A stretch of 64,000 nt of DNA from Escherichia coli (GTDB lineage Bacteria > Pseudomonadota > Gammaproteobacteria > Enterobacterales > Enterobacteriaceae), in assembly GCF_016026235.1 (NCBI RefSeq), contig NZ_CP065613.1. The stretch is one strand, 5' to 3'. The notes under the pieces are model-generated. The model had not been told where the DNA came from and made no database searches. It worked only from the letters and a program-made list of their open reading frames with translations. A program made the position numbers and the translations under genes. Positions 37,177-51,930 of the stretch are shown here, piece after piece (positions within the stretch are counted from its first letter, which is position 1; every line of letters begins with the position of its first letter).

Positions 37177-39180
37177 TTCCTGGTTCAGGATGCAGGCAGG
37201 TCACCAGAGTGACGCGGATATTTATATTTATGACGAGATTGGTTTCTGGGGTGTTACGGCGAAGCAGTTTATCAGCGATCTGAATGCACTGGGCGATATC
37301 ACCCACATTAATCTCCATATCAATTCACCGGGTGGCGATGTCTTTGAAGGCATCGCCATTTTTAATGCACTGAAAACACATGGTGCGTCCATTACCGTTT
37401 ATGTCGACGGTGTGGCGGCATCAATGGCGTCGGTCATTGCGATGGTGGGAAACCCGGTCATTATGCCGGAAAACACCTTCATGATGATTCATAAACCATT
37501 TGGCTTTACGGGCGGTGATGCGGAGGACATGCGCACCTATGCCGACCTGCTCGATAAAGTTGAGGCGGTTCTGTTACCCGCTTATGCACAGAAAACCGGG
37601 AAAACCACCGATGAAGTTGCTGCCATGCTGGCGGATGAGACCTGGATGTCCGGTGCCGAATGTCTGGCACATGGATTTGCTGATCAGGTGACGCCAGCCG
37701 TTAAGGCAATGGCATGTATTCAGTCAAAACGTACAGAGGAATTTAAAAAGATGCCGGAATCCATTCGAAACATGATTACTCCGCCACGCAACAGTGCAAC
37801 GCGTGAACCTGAAAACAAAAATACTGCATCTCAGACACAGGAGCAGACTACGGCTCAGGTTGCCACAACCGCGACCACCACAAATGCACCTTCCGCAGAT
37901 GAAAGCAGTATCCGTGCGCAGGTACTGGCAGAGCAAAAAGCACGTGTGAGTGGTATTAATGAACTGTTTGGTATGTTTGGCGGGCGTTATCAGACATTGC
38001 AGGCCAGTTGTCTTTCCGATCCGGAGTGCTCGCTTGAGCAGGCCCGTGAGAAATTACTTAACGAAATGGGTAAGGAATTTTCACCATCAAATAAAAATAC
38101 CCCGGCCCATATTTATGCCGGAAACGGTAATTTTGTGGGGGACGGGATCCGCCAGGCGCTGATGGCGCGTGCCGGGTTTGAAAAAACTGAACGTGATAAT
38201 GTCTACAACGGGATGACCCTGCGTGAATATGCCCGTATGTCACTGACTGAACGGGGTATTGGGGTTTCCGGTTATAACCCGATGCAGATGGTCGGGGCAG
38301 CGTTCACACACAGTACGTCTGACTTCGGTAATATTCTGCTGGATGTTGCGAACAAAGCCATTCTGCAGGGCTGGGAAGATGCCCCTGAAACCTATGAACA
38401 GTGGACGCGGAAAGGTCAGCTGTCTGATTTTAAAATTGCCCATCGTGTGGGTATGGGGGCTTCAGTGCTCTGCGTCAGGTGCGTGAAGGAGCGGAATATA
38501 AATACGTTACTACCGGAGATAAACAGGCCACGATTGCACTGGCGACCTATGGTGAACTGTTCAGTATCACCCGTCAGGCCATTATCAACGATGATCTGAA
38601 TATGCTGACCGATGTCCCGATGAAACTGGGCCGTGCGGCAAAATCCACTATTGCCGATCTGGTTTATGCCATTCTGACGTCTAACCCGAAAATCTCCACA
38701 GATAATGTAAGTCTGTTCGATAAAGCGAAACATGCAAACGTACTGGAGAGCGCTGCAATGGACGTGGCATCGCTGGATAAAGCCCGCCAGTTGATGCGTG
38801 TTCAGAAAGAGGGTGAGCGTCATCTGAATATTCGTCCTGCGTTCGTACTGGTACCGACGGCGATGGAGTCTGTTGCTAACCAGGTCATTCGCTCCTCAAG
38901 TGTCAAGGGGGCTGACATTAACGCCGGTATTATTAACCCGGTGAAAGATTTTGCGACCGTTATTGCAGAGCCTCGTCTTGATGATAACAGCCAGACCACC
39001 TTCTACCTGGCTGCGTCCAAAGGCTCCGATACGATTGAAGTGGCTTATCTCAACGGTGTGGATACGCCATATATTGATCAGATGGAGGGCTTCAGTGTGG
39101 ATGGCGTGACAACGAAAGTGCGTATTGACGCTGGTGTCGCGCCAGTTGATCACCGCGGTCTGGTGAAATGTACGGCGTAA
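37121..39180 (+). pseudogene. ClpP/S49-type prohead protease fused to scaffold and major capsid protein (Gifsy-2 type), frameshifted at a G5 run
   Basis: GTG start after AAGGAGG. Protease motifs INSPGGDVFEGIAIFNAL..VDGVAASMASVIAMVG. The capsid part is ..GFSALRQVREGAEYKYVTTGDKQATIALATYGELFSITRQAIINDD. One extra G at 38455-38459 joins the frames. Confidence 0.8.
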
Positions 39181-39203
39181 ACGTCGCAGATAACAACTCT
39201 GAT

Positions 39204-39223
39204 GGCCCGTAAGGGCTTTTTTT
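39204..39223 (+). terminator. Intrinsic terminator after the capsid gene
   Basis: GGCCCGTAAGGGCTTTTTTT. Confidence 0.7.
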
Positions 39224-39266
39224 GTACCTGAAATCAGCCCCTGAACGGGGCTGTGCGGAGACAGTT

Positions 39267-39590
39267 ATGGCAAAGAATTTTGTAGAAGAAGGGAAAACGG
39301 TGGCGATTGTTGCCAGTGCAGCCATCAGCAGCGGAGATCTGGTGCAGGTGGGTGATGTTTTTGCGGTGGCGCTGACCGATATTCCACAGGGTGAAACAGG
39401 CGACGGCCTGACCGAAGGTGTGTTTATGCTGCCTAAGCTGAAAACGGATGACATGAAAACGGGTAAGAAGGTTTTTCTGAAGTCCGGAAAAGTTCAGCTG
39501 ACTAACAGCGGCTCTGATCCGCTGGTCGGGGTTGTCTGGGCAGATGCCGGAGCTGGTGCAGAAGAAGTGCCGGTAAAACTCAATGTCTGA
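39267..39590 (+). CDS. DUF2190-type head decoration/cement protein
   Basis: MAKNFVEEGKTVAIVASAAISSGDLVQVGDVFAVALTDIPQGETGDGLTEGVFMLPK.. (107 aa), with GGAG RBS. Confidence 0.65.
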   Translation: MAKNFVEEGKTVAIVASAAISSGDLVQVGDVFAVALTDIPQGETGDGLTEGVFMLPKLKTDDMKTGKKVFLKSGKVQLTNSGSDPLVGVVWADAGAGAEEVPVKLNV

Positions 39591-39858
39591 TCCCTTTTCC
39601 CGGCTGGCAGCGCGTATGGATGCGATCACGGTCAGAAAGATGGGAAAGATGGCCTCGATTAATGATGTTTATATGCCTGTGCTCCCGGGAGAAACTCTGG
39701 CAGAGCTGAACGCTCTGTCCGGACCGGCGGTCTCTCTGGTGGTGTTTTCTTCGGGATACCGCCCACGGCGCGGGGACCGCGTTGTTTATGACGGACAACA
39801 ATGGACGGTCACACGGCATGAACGCTTTAACGGTAAACCAATGATCTTTATTGAGTAA
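39583..39858 (+). CDS. Head-tail connector/head completion protein
   Basis: 91 aa, overlapping the upstream gene. Assigned from its position between the decoration protein and gpZ. Confidence 0.5.
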   Translation: MSDPFSRLAARMDAITVRKMGKMASINDVYMPVLPGETLAELNALSGPAVSLVVFSSGYRPRRGDRVVYDGQQWTVTRHERFNGKPMIFIE

Positions 39859-39869
39859 AGAGGTGTGGG

Positions 39870-40454
39870 ATGAAGGGGCTTGAGAATGCCATCCGTAATC
39901 TGAACAGCCTCGATACCCGCATGGTGCCACAGGCCAGCGCATGGGCGGTAAACCGTGTGGCGGCAAAGATTATTTCTGTCGCCACACGGCAGGTTGCGCA
40001 GAATACCGTTGCCGGGGATAACCAGGTGAAAGGTATTCCCCTGAAAACGGTCAGGGAGCGTGTCAGGCTGCTTAAAGCCAGCCCCTCAGGAAAAATGTAT
40101 GCCCGCATGCGTGTTAACCGGGGTAACCTGCCCGCCATTAAGCTGGGTACCGCACAGGTCAGACTGGCCCGCTCCCGGCATGGCAGCAACTCACGTCATC
40201 GTGGCAGCGTACTGAAAGTGGGGAAATACCTTTTCCGGGATGCGTTTATTCAGCAACTGGCGAATGGTCGCTGGCATGTGATGCGGCGTATTGACGGCAA
40301 AAATCGTTACCCCATTGATGTGGTGAAAATCCCGCTGTCCGGACCGCTGACACAGGCATTTGAAGATGCCCGCGACCGCATCATTGCTGCGGAAATGCCG
40401 AAACAGCTGGGGTATGCACTGAAACAACAACTGAGGTTATGGCTGACCCGATGA
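39870..40454 (+). CDS. Minor tail protein Z (tail completion)
   Basis: 194 aa, similar in size and position to lambda gpZ. ...NGRWHVMRRIDGKNRYPIDVVKIPL. Confidence 0.7.
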   Translation: MKGLENAIRNLNSLDTRMVPQASAWAVNRVAAKIISVATRQVAQNTVAGDNQVKGIPLKTVRERVRLLKASPSGKMYARMRVNRGNLPAIKLGTAQVRLARSRHGSNSRHRGSVLKVGKYLFRDAFIQQLANGRWHVMRRIDGKNRYPIDVVKIPLSGPLTQAFEDARDRIIAAEMPKQLGYALKQQLRLWLTR

Positions 40455-40852
40455 ACCGACATACACAGATCCGCCAGGTCGTACTGGCACGCCTTCGGGA
40501 ACAGTGTGGAGACAGCGCCACGTTTTTTGACGGGCTTCCGGCATTTGTTGATGCGCAGGAACTGCCTGCCGTGGCGGTGTGGCTGAGTGATGCTCAGTAC
40601 ACCGGAAAAATGACGGATGAAGATGACTGGCAGGCTGTTCTGCATATTGCTGTCTTCATCCGGGCACAGGCACCGGATTCAGAGCTGGATATGTGGATGG
40701 AGAGCACCATTTTCCCGGCCCTGAATGATGTACCGGCACTTTCCGGACTCATCGACACCATGAACCCACTCGGTTTTAACTATCAACGTGATAATGAGAT
40801 GGCCACCTGGGCGATGGCGGAAATCACGTACCAGATCACGTACACGAATTAA
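40451..40852 (+). CDS. Tail terminator protein U
   Basis: MNRHTQIRQVVLARLREQCGDSATFFDGLPAFVDAQELPAVAVWLSDAQYTG...PDSELDMWMES aligns with the remembered lambda gpU. ATGA overlap with Z. Confidence 0.85.
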   Translation: MNRHTQIRQVVLARLREQCGDSATFFDGLPAFVDAQELPAVAVWLSDAQYTGKMTDEDDWQAVLHIAVFIRAQAPDSELDMWMESTIFPALNDVPALSGLIDTMNPLGFNYQRDNEMATWAMAEITYQITYTN

Positions 40853-40862
40853 GGAGGTGGCA

Positions 40863-41603
40863 ATGACCACACCAAATCCACTGGCAAAAACGAAAGGTGC
40901 GGGAACGACGTTCTGGATGTACACCGGCAAGGGCGATGCGTTTGCGAACCCTTTGTCGGACACTGACTGGCTGCGTCTTGCGATGGTGAAGGATCTGCAA
41001 CCTGGCGAAATGACCGCTGATGCAGAAGATGACACTTATCTCGATGATGAAGATGCAGACTGGAAAACGACAACCCAGGGGCAGAAATCCGTCGGTGATA
41101 CTTTGGCGACGCTGGCCTGGCGTCCGGGTGACAGCGGGCAGAAAAAACTGGTTCAGTTGTTCGATTCCGGTGAAGTCTGCGCGTTTCGTATCAAATACCC
41201 CAACGGTACGGTTGATGTTTTCCGTGGCTGGCTGAGTTCACTGGGTAAAACCATTACCTCAAAAGAGGTGATGACCCGTACTGTAAAAATCAGCGGTGTG
41301 GGGCGTCCGTATCTGGCAGAGGAGGGCGCTGAAACCGTGGGTGTTACCGGACTGACGGTGGCACCGGCATCTGTCAGTGTCAAAGCGGGAGCAACCACCA
41401 CACTGACCTTTACAGTAAAACCTGACGGGGCCAGTGACAAAGCGATCAGTGTGCATTCGTCAGATCCTCAGACTGCTTCGGTGACCCTGAGCGGGCTTGT
41501 GGCCACGGTGAAAGGCGTGAAGCAGGGCAGTGTCAGCATCGTGGGCATGACCTCTGACGGAGAGTTTGTGGCAGTGGCTGCGGTGACCGTCAGCGCACCA
41601 TAA
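40863..41603 (+). CDS. Major tail protein V with C-terminal Big_2 Ig-like domain
   Basis: 246 aa from MTTPNPLAKTKGAGTTFWMY.., with GGAGG RBS. C-terminal segment VTGLTVAPASVSVKAGATTTLTFTVKP. Confidence 0.85.
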   Translation: MTTPNPLAKTKGAGTTFWMYTGKGDAFANPLSDTDWLRLAMVKDLQPGEMTADAEDDTYLDDEDADWKTTTQGQKSVGDTLATLAWRPGDSGQKKLVQLFDSGEVCAFRIKYPNGTVDVFRGWLSSLGKTITSKEVMTRTVKISGVGRPYLAEEGAETVGVTGLTVAPASVSVKAGATTTLTFTVKPDGASDKAISVHSSDPQTASVTLSGLVATVKGVKQGSVSIVGMTSDGEFVAVAAVTVSAP

Positions 41604-41622
41604 CAGGACGATACTCATCATT

Positions 41623-41645
41623 GCCCCGGTTATCCGGGGCTTTTT
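41623..41645 (+). terminator. Intrinsic terminator after V
   Basis: GCCCCGGTTATCCGGGGCTTTTT. Confidence 0.75.
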
Positions 41646-41658
41646 GCATCCGGAGAAC

Positions 41659-42048
41659 ATGATGTTTCTGAAACAGGATACGTTTAATTATGAAAAACAG
41701 TCCGTGGTGCTCAGTGAGCTGTCCGGGCTGCAGAGAATTGAATATCTGACGTTTGTTCAGCAGCGAACGGCAAAGTTTGATGCACAGGAGGGAGAACTGC
41801 CGGAGGCTGAACGACAGATTGCTTTTCTGCGTATGGGAATGGATATCAATGCCTGGCTGGTTTCCCGCTCACTGTGGAATGCTGAGCAGTCTCAGGATGT
41901 TGAGACGCTTTGCGCATCCATTATGACAACATGGTCGTATGATGCGCTGGGCGCGGGGGCGGAGAGGGTTCTGTCGCTGAGCGGTATGGGGACCATTGAG
42001 AATGCCGGGGATGATGATCATGAGGCGCTGACGCCGGAAAAGTCCTGA
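41659..42048 (+). CDS. Tail assembly chaperone G
   Basis: MMFLKQDTFNYEKQSVVLSELSGLQRIEYL.. parallels lambda G MFLKTESFEHNGVTVTLSELSALQRIEHL. Confidence 0.8.
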   Translation: MMFLKQDTFNYEKQSVVLSELSGLQRIEYLTFVQQRTAKFDAQEGELPEAERQIAFLRMGMDINAWLVSRSLWNAEQSQDVETLCASIMTTWSYDALGAGAERVLSLSGMGTIENAGDDDHEALTPEKS

Positions 42049-42386
42049 CGCGGGAAATGCAGTTTGTCATGCGGCTTGCCCGGGAGTTCCGGCGGGCAGA
42101 CTGGCGGCGGATGCTGTCGGAAATGTCGGCCACTGAGCTTGGTGAGTGGGGCGATTATTTCCGGATGCAGAGCTTCAGTGATGTGTGGATGGATGCGCAG
42201 TTTGCCTCGCTGAAGGCATTGATCGTGAGAATGGTGTCCGGCAGCAGCGATGCTGCGGTGGCTGATTTCAGCCTTTTACCGGAAGAGAACGGGATACCGG
42301 AGCGAACGGACGAAGAACTGATGCATCTTGGGGAAGGTATTTCCGGAGGTGTGCGTTATGGACCAGATAGCCAACCTGGTCATTGA
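41659..42386 (+). CDS. Tail assembly chaperone G-T fusion via programmed -1 frameshift
   Basis: The T frame (..FVMRLAREFRRADWRRMLSEMSATE..GISGGVRYG) is -1 relative to G. Candidate slip site G GAA AAG at 42036-42042 is less canonical than lambda G GGA AAG. Confidence 0.6.
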
Positions 42387-45300
42387 TTTGGGGATTGATG
42401 CGGCAGAGTTTAAAAATGAAATTCCCCGTATCAAAAACCTTCTGAATGGTGCAGCCAGCGATGCAGAACGGTCTTCTGCCCGTATGCAGCGTTTTATGGA
42501 GCGTCAGACTCAGGCCGCCCGGCAGACAACGCAGGCGGCTTCTTCGGCTGCAACAGCCGCATCCGTCCATGCGCAGACGGTGGAGAAGAACGCACAGGCT
42601 CATGAACGCATGGCCCGCGAGGTGGAGAAAACCCGCCAGCGCATGGAGGCGCTGAGCCAGAAAATGCGCGAGGAACAGGCGCAGGCCAGGGCACTGGCGG
42701 AGGCGCAGGATAAAGCGGCTGCCGCCTTTTATCGCCAGATTGACAGTGTGAAACAGGCCGGTGCGGGGCTTCAGGAATTACAGCGTATTCAGCAGCAGAT
42801 CCGACAGGCCAGAAACAGTGGCGGGGTTGGTCAGCAGGATTATCTGGCGCTGATTTCGGAGATCACGGCGAAAACCCGTGCCCTGACGCAGGCAGAGGAA
42901 CAGGCCACCCGGCAGAAAGCGGCGTTTATCCGCCAGCTTAAAGAGCAGGCAACCCGCCAGAATCTGTCGTCTTCTGAGTTGCTTCGCGCCAGGGCGGCTC
43001 AGCTGGGGGTAAGCAGTGCTGCAGAAGTGTATATCCGCAAAATGGAGCGGGCAGGAAAAGCCACACATTCGCTGGGGCTGAAAAGTGCGGCAGCCCGGCG
43101 GGAGCTGGGGGTGTTAATCAGTCAGATGGCGCGCGGCAATTTTGGTGCGCTGAGGGGATCCGGGATAACGCTGGCTAACCGTGCCGGATGGACAGGCGCA
43201 CTGATGTCGCCGAAAGGCATGATGACTGGCGGCGTTATTGGCGGACTTGTCGCGGCGGTCCTGGGTCTGGGTAAAGCCTGGCATGACGGCCGGAAGGAGG
43301 GCGAGGAATTTAACCGTCAGCTGGCGCTGACGGGACATTATGCCGGTGTCACTGTCGGGCAGTTGTGGAAACTCAGCCGGGCCATATCCGGGAATGGTAT
43401 CACGCAACATGCGGCAGCCGGTGCGCTGGCACAGGTGGTGGGCAGTGGGGCATTTCATGGAAACGATATTGGTATGGTGGCGAAAGCTGCCGCACAGATG
43501 GAGCGATCGGTTGGCCAGTCGGTCAGCGATACCATAAATCAGTTTAAGCGGCTGAAGGATGATCCTGTAAATGCCGCGAAGGCGCTGGACAATGCGCTGC
43601 ATTTTTTGACTGCCACTCAGCTTGAGCAGATACGCGTCCTTGGGGAGCAGGGGCGGTCCAGTGATGCGGCCCGGATCGCCATGTCTGCGCTGGCAGAGGA
43701 AACCGGTAAACGCACATCTGATATTGATAATAATCTCAATGCGCTGGGTAGTACGCTGCAAACCTTGTCTGACTGGTGGAAGCAGTTCTGGGATGCGGCC
43801 ATGAATATTGGTCGTGAAGACTCGCTGGATGCGCAGATTGATGCGTTACAGGAAAAAATTCAGCGCGCGAAAAAATATCCGTGGACAAACGCCTCCACAC
43901 AGGTGGAGTACGATCAGCAGCGTCTTAACGATCTTCAGGAGAAAAAACGCCGGAAGGATTTGCAGGATGCAAAAGCGCAGGCAGAACGGAATTACCAGGA
44001 GCAACAGAAACGCCGGAATGCTGAAAATGCCGCGCTGAACCGGATGAATGAAACGGAAGCTGCACGACATCAGCGGGAAATTGCGCGTATTAATGCCATG
44101 CAGTACGCCGACCAGGCTGTCAGGGATGCGGCGATACAGCGTGAAAATGAACGTTACGAAAAAGCCATTAAGAAAAATACACGGGCAACCCGTAATGATG
44201 AGGCCACCCGGTTATTGCTGCAGTACAGTCAGCAGCAGGCACAGGTGGAAGGGCAGATTGCTGCTGCCAGACAGTCAGCAGGCATTGCCACTGAAAGGAT
44301 GACTGAAGCGCATAAACAGCTTCTGGCCCTGCAGCAGCGCATCAGCGACCTGGGCGGGAAAAAGCTGACGGCAGATGAAAAGAGTGTGCTGGCCCGTAAG
44401 AATGAGCTGATTCAGGCGCTGACGCTGCTGGATGTGAAACAGCAGGAGCTGCAGAAACAGACAGCGCTTAACGACCTGAGAAAAAAAACGGTTCAGCTGA
44501 CCAGCCAGCTGGCAGACAAAGAACGTGCACTGCGTGAGCAGCACAATCTGGATATTGCCACTGCAGGTATGGGGATAAGCAGCGGCAGCGCTACCAGGCA
44601 CAGTTGCGCATCCGGCAGGAATACCGGCAACAGTTGCAACAGCTTGAGAATGACAGTCGCCAGAAAGGCACTTACGGGACGGAGGACTACCGGAGGGCTG
44701 AGGAGGTGCTGAAGGGGAGCCTGAAGCGACAACTGAATGAAAACAAACGCTACTGGCAGGAACTGGAAGTGGCGCAGGGCGACTGGAAAAACGGTGCCAT
44801 GCGGGCGTTTCAGAATTTTACGGCGGATGCGGATAATGCGGCGGGAACGGCAGAACAGATGTTTACAGTGGCATTCAGCAGTGCCGGTAATGCACTGGCG
44901 ACATTCTGTACCACCGGTAAGCTGAATTTTAAATCCTTTACCTCTTCCCTGTTGTCAGATATGGCCAGAATTATGGCACAGATGGCCATGATGCAGGCGG
45001 TAAAGGGCGTCGGTTCTTTATTCGGCTTCACGACTAATGCTGATGGCGGTGTTTACCAGTCTGCTGATTTGAGTCGCTACAGTGGCACGGTGGTTAACCG
45101 TCCGACGTTTTTTGCTTTTGCAAAAGGCGCGGGTGTGATGGGGGAAGCGGGACCTGAAGCCATTCTGCCACTGCGTCGCGGTGCTGATGGTAAGCTGGGG
45201 GTTGTGGCGGATACTGGTGGTTCAGGCATGGTGATGTTTGCCCCGCAGTACAACATTGAGATCAATAACGATGGCACGAACGGGCAGATAGGTCCGGCTG

Positions 45301-45398
45301 CCCTGAAGGTGGTTTATGACCTCGGGAAAAAAGCGGCCGCGGACTTTATGCAACAGCAGGCCCGTGATGGTGGCCGGTTAAGTGGAGCATACCGGTAA
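42358..45398 (+). pseudogene. Tape measure protein H, frameshifted at a G4 run
   Basis: Start MDQIANLVIDLGIDAAEF after GGAGG. One extra G at 44571-44574 reads ..AGMGDKQRQRYQAQLRIRQEYRQQLQQLEND.. and joins ORFs 42328-44712 and 44604-45398. Confidence 0.8.
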
Positions 45399-45727
45399 TG
45401 GAGACGTTTCACTGGAAAGTGCGCCCGGATATGAATGTGGTATCAGAGCCGAAAGTGGTGACAGTGAAGCTGGGCGATGGTTATGAACAGCGTCGTGCGG
45501 CGGGACTGAATAACCAGTTGTCGACTTACAGCGTGACGATACGTGTTCGTAAAGGTGAACACCCATCTTTAAAAGCCTTTCTGGAACGGCACGGTGGCGT
45601 CCGCGCATTTCAGTGGACGCCACCTTATGACTGGAAGCCGATCAGGGTGGTTTGTCGTAAATGGTCGGCAAGCGTGGGGGCGTTGTGGGTAACCATAACG
45701 GCAGATTTTGAACAGGTCGTGGCATAG
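45398..45727 (+). CDS. Minor tail protein M
   Basis: METFHWKVRPDMNVVSEPKVVTVKLGDGYEQR.. aligns with lambda gpM (109 aa). Confidence 0.88.
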   Translation: METFHWKVRPDMNVVSEPKVVTVKLGDGYEQRRAAGLNNQLSTYSVTIRVRKGEHPSLKAFLERHGGVRAFQWTPPYDWKPIRVVCRKWSASVGALWVTITADFEQVVA

Positions 45728-45736
45728 GAGTCTCTG

Positions 45737-46435
45737 ATGCAGGATATTCCACAGGAAACACATCATGAGACGACACGCCTCACTCAGTCAGCCCAGGTGG
45801 TGCTCTGGGAAATCGATCTGACAGTGGTCGGTGGAGAACGTTATTTTTTCTGTAATGAGCAGAACGATAAAGGTGAGCCGGTCACCTGGCAGAGGCGACA
45901 GTATCAGGCGTATCCCATTCAGGGGACGGGATTTGAACTGAACGGCAAAGGCAGTGCTGCCCGTCCGACACTGACGGTTTCTAACCTGCACGGCATGGTC
46001 ACCGGGATGGCGGAAGACCTGCAGAGTCTGGTCGGAGGAACGGTGGTCCGGCGTAAGGTTTACGCCCGTTTTCTGGATGCGGTGAACTTCGTCAACGGAA
46101 ACAGTGACGCCGATCCGGAGCAGGAGGTGATCAGCCGCTGGCGCATCGAGCAGTGCAGCGAACTGAGCGCGGTGAGTGCCTCTTTTGTACTGTCCACGCC
46201 GACGGAAACGGACGGCGCTGTTTTTCCGGGGCGCATCATGCTGGCTAATACCTGCACCTGGACCTATCGCGGTGATGAGTGCGGTTATCACGGTCCGGCG
46301 GTCGCGGATGAATATGACCAGCCGACCTCCGATATCACGAAGGATAAATGCAGCAAATGCCTGAGCGGCTGTAAGTTTCGCAATAACGTCGGCAACTTTG
46401 GCGGCTTCCTTTCCATTAACAAACTTTCGCAGTGA
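45737..46435 (+). CDS. Minor tail protein L
   Basis: 232 aa, lambda gpL-like, with the C-terminal Cys cluster (CGYHG..CSKCLSGCKFR). Confidence 0.88.
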   Translation: MQDIPQETHHETTRLTQSAQVVLWEIDLTVVGGERYFFCNEQNDKGEPVTWQRRQYQAYPIQGTGFELNGKGSAARPTLTVSNLHGMVTGMAEDLQSLVGGTVVRRKVYARFLDAVNFVNGNSDADPEQEVISRWRIEQCSELSAVSASFVLSTPTETDGAVFPGRIMLANTCTWTYRGDECGYHGPAVADEYDQPTSDITKDKCSKCLSGCKFRNNVGNFGGFLSINKLSQ

Positions 46436-47184
46436 ATCCCATGACAGAGACAGAATCAGCGATTCTGGCGCACGCCCGGCGATGTGCGCCAGCGGAGTCG
46501 TGCGGCTTCGTGGTGAGAACACCGGAGGGGGAAAGATATTTTCCCTGCGTGAATATCTCCGGTGAGCCGGAGGAGTATTTCCGGATGTCGCCGGAGGACT
46601 GGCTGCGGGCAGAGATGCAGGGTGAGATTGTGGCGCTGGTCCACAGCCACCCCGGTGGTCTGCCCTGGCTGAGTGAGACCGACCGGCGGCTGCAGGTGCA
46701 GAGTGATTTGCCGTGGTGGCTGGTTTGCCGGGGGGCGATTCACAAGTTCCGCTGTGTGCCACATCTTTCCGGGCGGCGCTTTGAGCACGGGGTGACGGAC
46801 TGTTACACGCTGTTCCGGGATGCTTACCATCTGGCGGGGATTGAGATGCCGGATTTTCATCGCGAGGATGACTGGTGGCGTAACGGTCAGAATCTCTATC
46901 TGGATAATCTGGAGGCCACAGGGCTGTATCAGGTGCCGTTGTCAGCGGCGCAGCCGGGCGATGTGCTGCTGTGCTGTTTTGGTTCATCGGTGCCGAATCA
47001 TGCCGCCATTTACTGTGGTGACGGCGAGCTGCTGCACCATATTCCTGAACAACTGAGCAAACGAGAGAGGTACACCGACAAATGGCAGCGACGCACACAC
47101 TCCCTCTGGCGTCACCGGGCATGGCACGCATCTGCCTTTACGGGGATTTACAACGATTTGGCCGCCGCATCGACCTTCGAGTGA
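46432..47184 (+). CDS. Tail tip assembly protein K (MPN/JAB + NlpC/P60)
   Basis: ..HSHPGG.. (JAMM) and ..DCYTLFRDAYH.. (NlpC/P60 Cys). The C-terminus ..QLSKRERYTDKWQRRTHSLWRHRAW is as in lambda K. Confidence 0.85.
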   Translation: MNPMTETESAILAHARRCAPAESCGFVVRTPEGERYFPCVNISGEPEEYFRMSPEDWLRAEMQGEIVALVHSHPGGLPWLSETDRRLQVQSDLPWWLVCRGAIHKFRCVPHLSGRRFEHGVTDCYTLFRDAYHLAGIEMPDFHREDDWWRNGQNLYLDNLEATGLYQVPLSAAQPGDVLLCCFGSSVPNHAAIYCGDGELLHHIPEQLSKRERYTDKWQRRTHSLWRHRAWHASAFTGIYNDLAAASTFE

Positions 47185-47729
47185 AAACGGGGTCCGAAGC
47201 CATCCGGGCGCTGGCCATGCAGATCCCGGCGTTTCGTCAGAAACTGAGCGACGGCTGGTACCAGGTACGCATTGCCGGGCGTGATGCAGGTGAAACCGAA
47301 TTGTCTGCCCGTCTTAATGAGCCGCTGGCAAATGGTGCCGTGATCCACATCGTGCCGCGTCTGGCGGGAGCTAAAAGTGGCAGTGTGTTTCAGGTGGTGC
47401 TGGGGGTGGCGCTGATTGCGGTGGCATGGTGGAACCCTGTGGGCTGGCTGGGTGCCGCGGCTGTATCGGGCATGTATGCGGCAGGGGCCAGTATGATCCT
47501 GGGCGGAGTGGCGCAGATGCTGGCACCGAAAGCCAGGACGCCCACGGCAGCAAGTACAGATAACGGCAAACAGAACACCTATTTCTCCTCACTGGATAAC
47601 ATGGTTGCCCAGGGCAATGTTCTGCCCGTTCTGTACGGTGAAATGCGCGTGGGGTCGCGGGTGGTCTCTCAGGAGATCCGCACGGCAGACGAAGGGGATG
47701 GTGGTCAGGTTGTGGTGATTGGTCGCTGA
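47082..47729 (+). CDS. Tail tip assembly protein I
   Basis: MAATHTLPLASPGMARICLYGDLQRFGRRIDLRVKTG.. and C-terminal ..VVSQEIRTADEGDGGQVVVIGR match the remembered lambda gpI. Confidence 0.88.
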   Translation: MAATHTLPLASPGMARICLYGDLQRFGRRIDLRVKTGSEAIRALAMQIPAFRQKLSDGWYQVRIAGRDAGETELSARLNEPLANGAVIHIVPRLAGAKSGSVFQVVLGVALIAVAWWNPVGWLGAAAVSGMYAAGASMILGGVAQMLAPKARTPTAASTDNGKQNTYFSSLDNMVAQGNVLPVLYGEMRVGSRVVSQEIRTADEGDGGQVVVIGR

Positions 47730-47786
47730 TGAAAAACGTTTTATGTGAAACCGCCTCCGGGCGGTTTTGTCGTTTATGGAGCGTGA

Positions 47787-51198
<3,412 letters not shown>

Positions 51199-51218
51199 AA
51201 TTGTTATAACCCATATAA

Positions 51219-51244
51219 GGGCACCAGAAATGGTGCCTTTTTTA
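51219..51244 (+). terminator. Intrinsic terminator after J
   Basis: GGGCACCAGAAATGGTGCCTTTTTT. Confidence 0.75.
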
Positions 51245-51267
51245 TTGCAGAAAAGCGAGAGGTAATT

Positions 51268-51867
51268 ATGCGTAAACTTTATGCCGCCATTTTGTCCGCA
51301 GCCATTTGTCTGGCCGTATCCGGTGCGCCTGCATGGGCATCTGAACATCAGTCCACGCTGAGCGCGGGGTATCTTCATGCCTCGACGAACGTTCCCGGCA
51401 GCGATGATCTTAACGGGATTAACGTGAAATACCGTTATGAGTTTACGGACACACTGGGGCTGGTGACGTCATTCAGCTATGCAGGAGACAAGAATCGCCA
51501 GCTTACCCGTTACAGCGATACCCGCTGGCATGAAGATTCCGTGCGTAACCGCTGGTTCAGCGTGATGGTGGGGCCGTCTGTGCGCGTGAATGAATGGTTC
51601 AGCGCGTATGCGATGGCGGGTATGGCTTACAGCCGTGTGTCGACTTTCTCCGGGGATTATCTCCGCGTAACTGACAACAAGGGGAAAACGCACGACGTGC
51701 TGACCGGAAGTGATGACGGTCGCCACAGCAACACGTCTCTGGCGTGGGGAGCTGGCGTGCAGTTTAACCCGACCGAATCCGTGGCCATTGACCTTGCTTA
51801 TGAAGGTTCCGGCAGTGGCGACTGGCGCACTGACGGTTTCATCGTGGGTGTCGGTTATAAGTTCTGA
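51268..51867 (+). CDS. lom: Lom-like outer-membrane beta-barrel protein (Ail/Lom/PagC family)
   Basis: 199 aa with signal peptide ..AVSGAPAWA and a terminal ..[10 protein letters not shown]. Confidence 0.88.
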
Positions 51868-51893
51868 TTAGCCAGGTAACACAGTGTTATGAC

Positions 51894-51919
51894 AGCCCGC
51901 TGGTTCAGGCGGGCTTTTT
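51894..51919 (+). terminator. Intrinsic terminator after lom
   Basis: AGCCCGCTGGTTCAGGCGGGCTTTTT. Confidence 0.75.
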
Positions 51920-51930
51920 GTGGGGTGAAT

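Noticed and set aside
41659-42386. Frame change between G and T counted as another mutational frameshift
   Set aside because: This -1 change is the conserved programmed G-T frameshift of lambdoid tail chaperones, not a lesion. The same reasoning applies to IS911 orfA/orfB at 23366-23372.
43114-43761. 215-aa minus-strand ORF, plus several 60-110-aa ORFs on both strands between 42400 and 44700
   Set aside because: All overlap the tape-measure gene, whose frame is supported by its coiled-coil, Ala/Gln-rich composition and its synteny.
45788-47131. 447-aa minus-strand ORF, the largest unexplained ORF in the tail region
   Set aside because: It is entirely antisense to the well-conserved lambda-like L and K genes. 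The product is a Pro/Arg/Ala/His-rich low-complexity string with no RBS context. This is a typical shadow ORF of a GC-rich coding strand.
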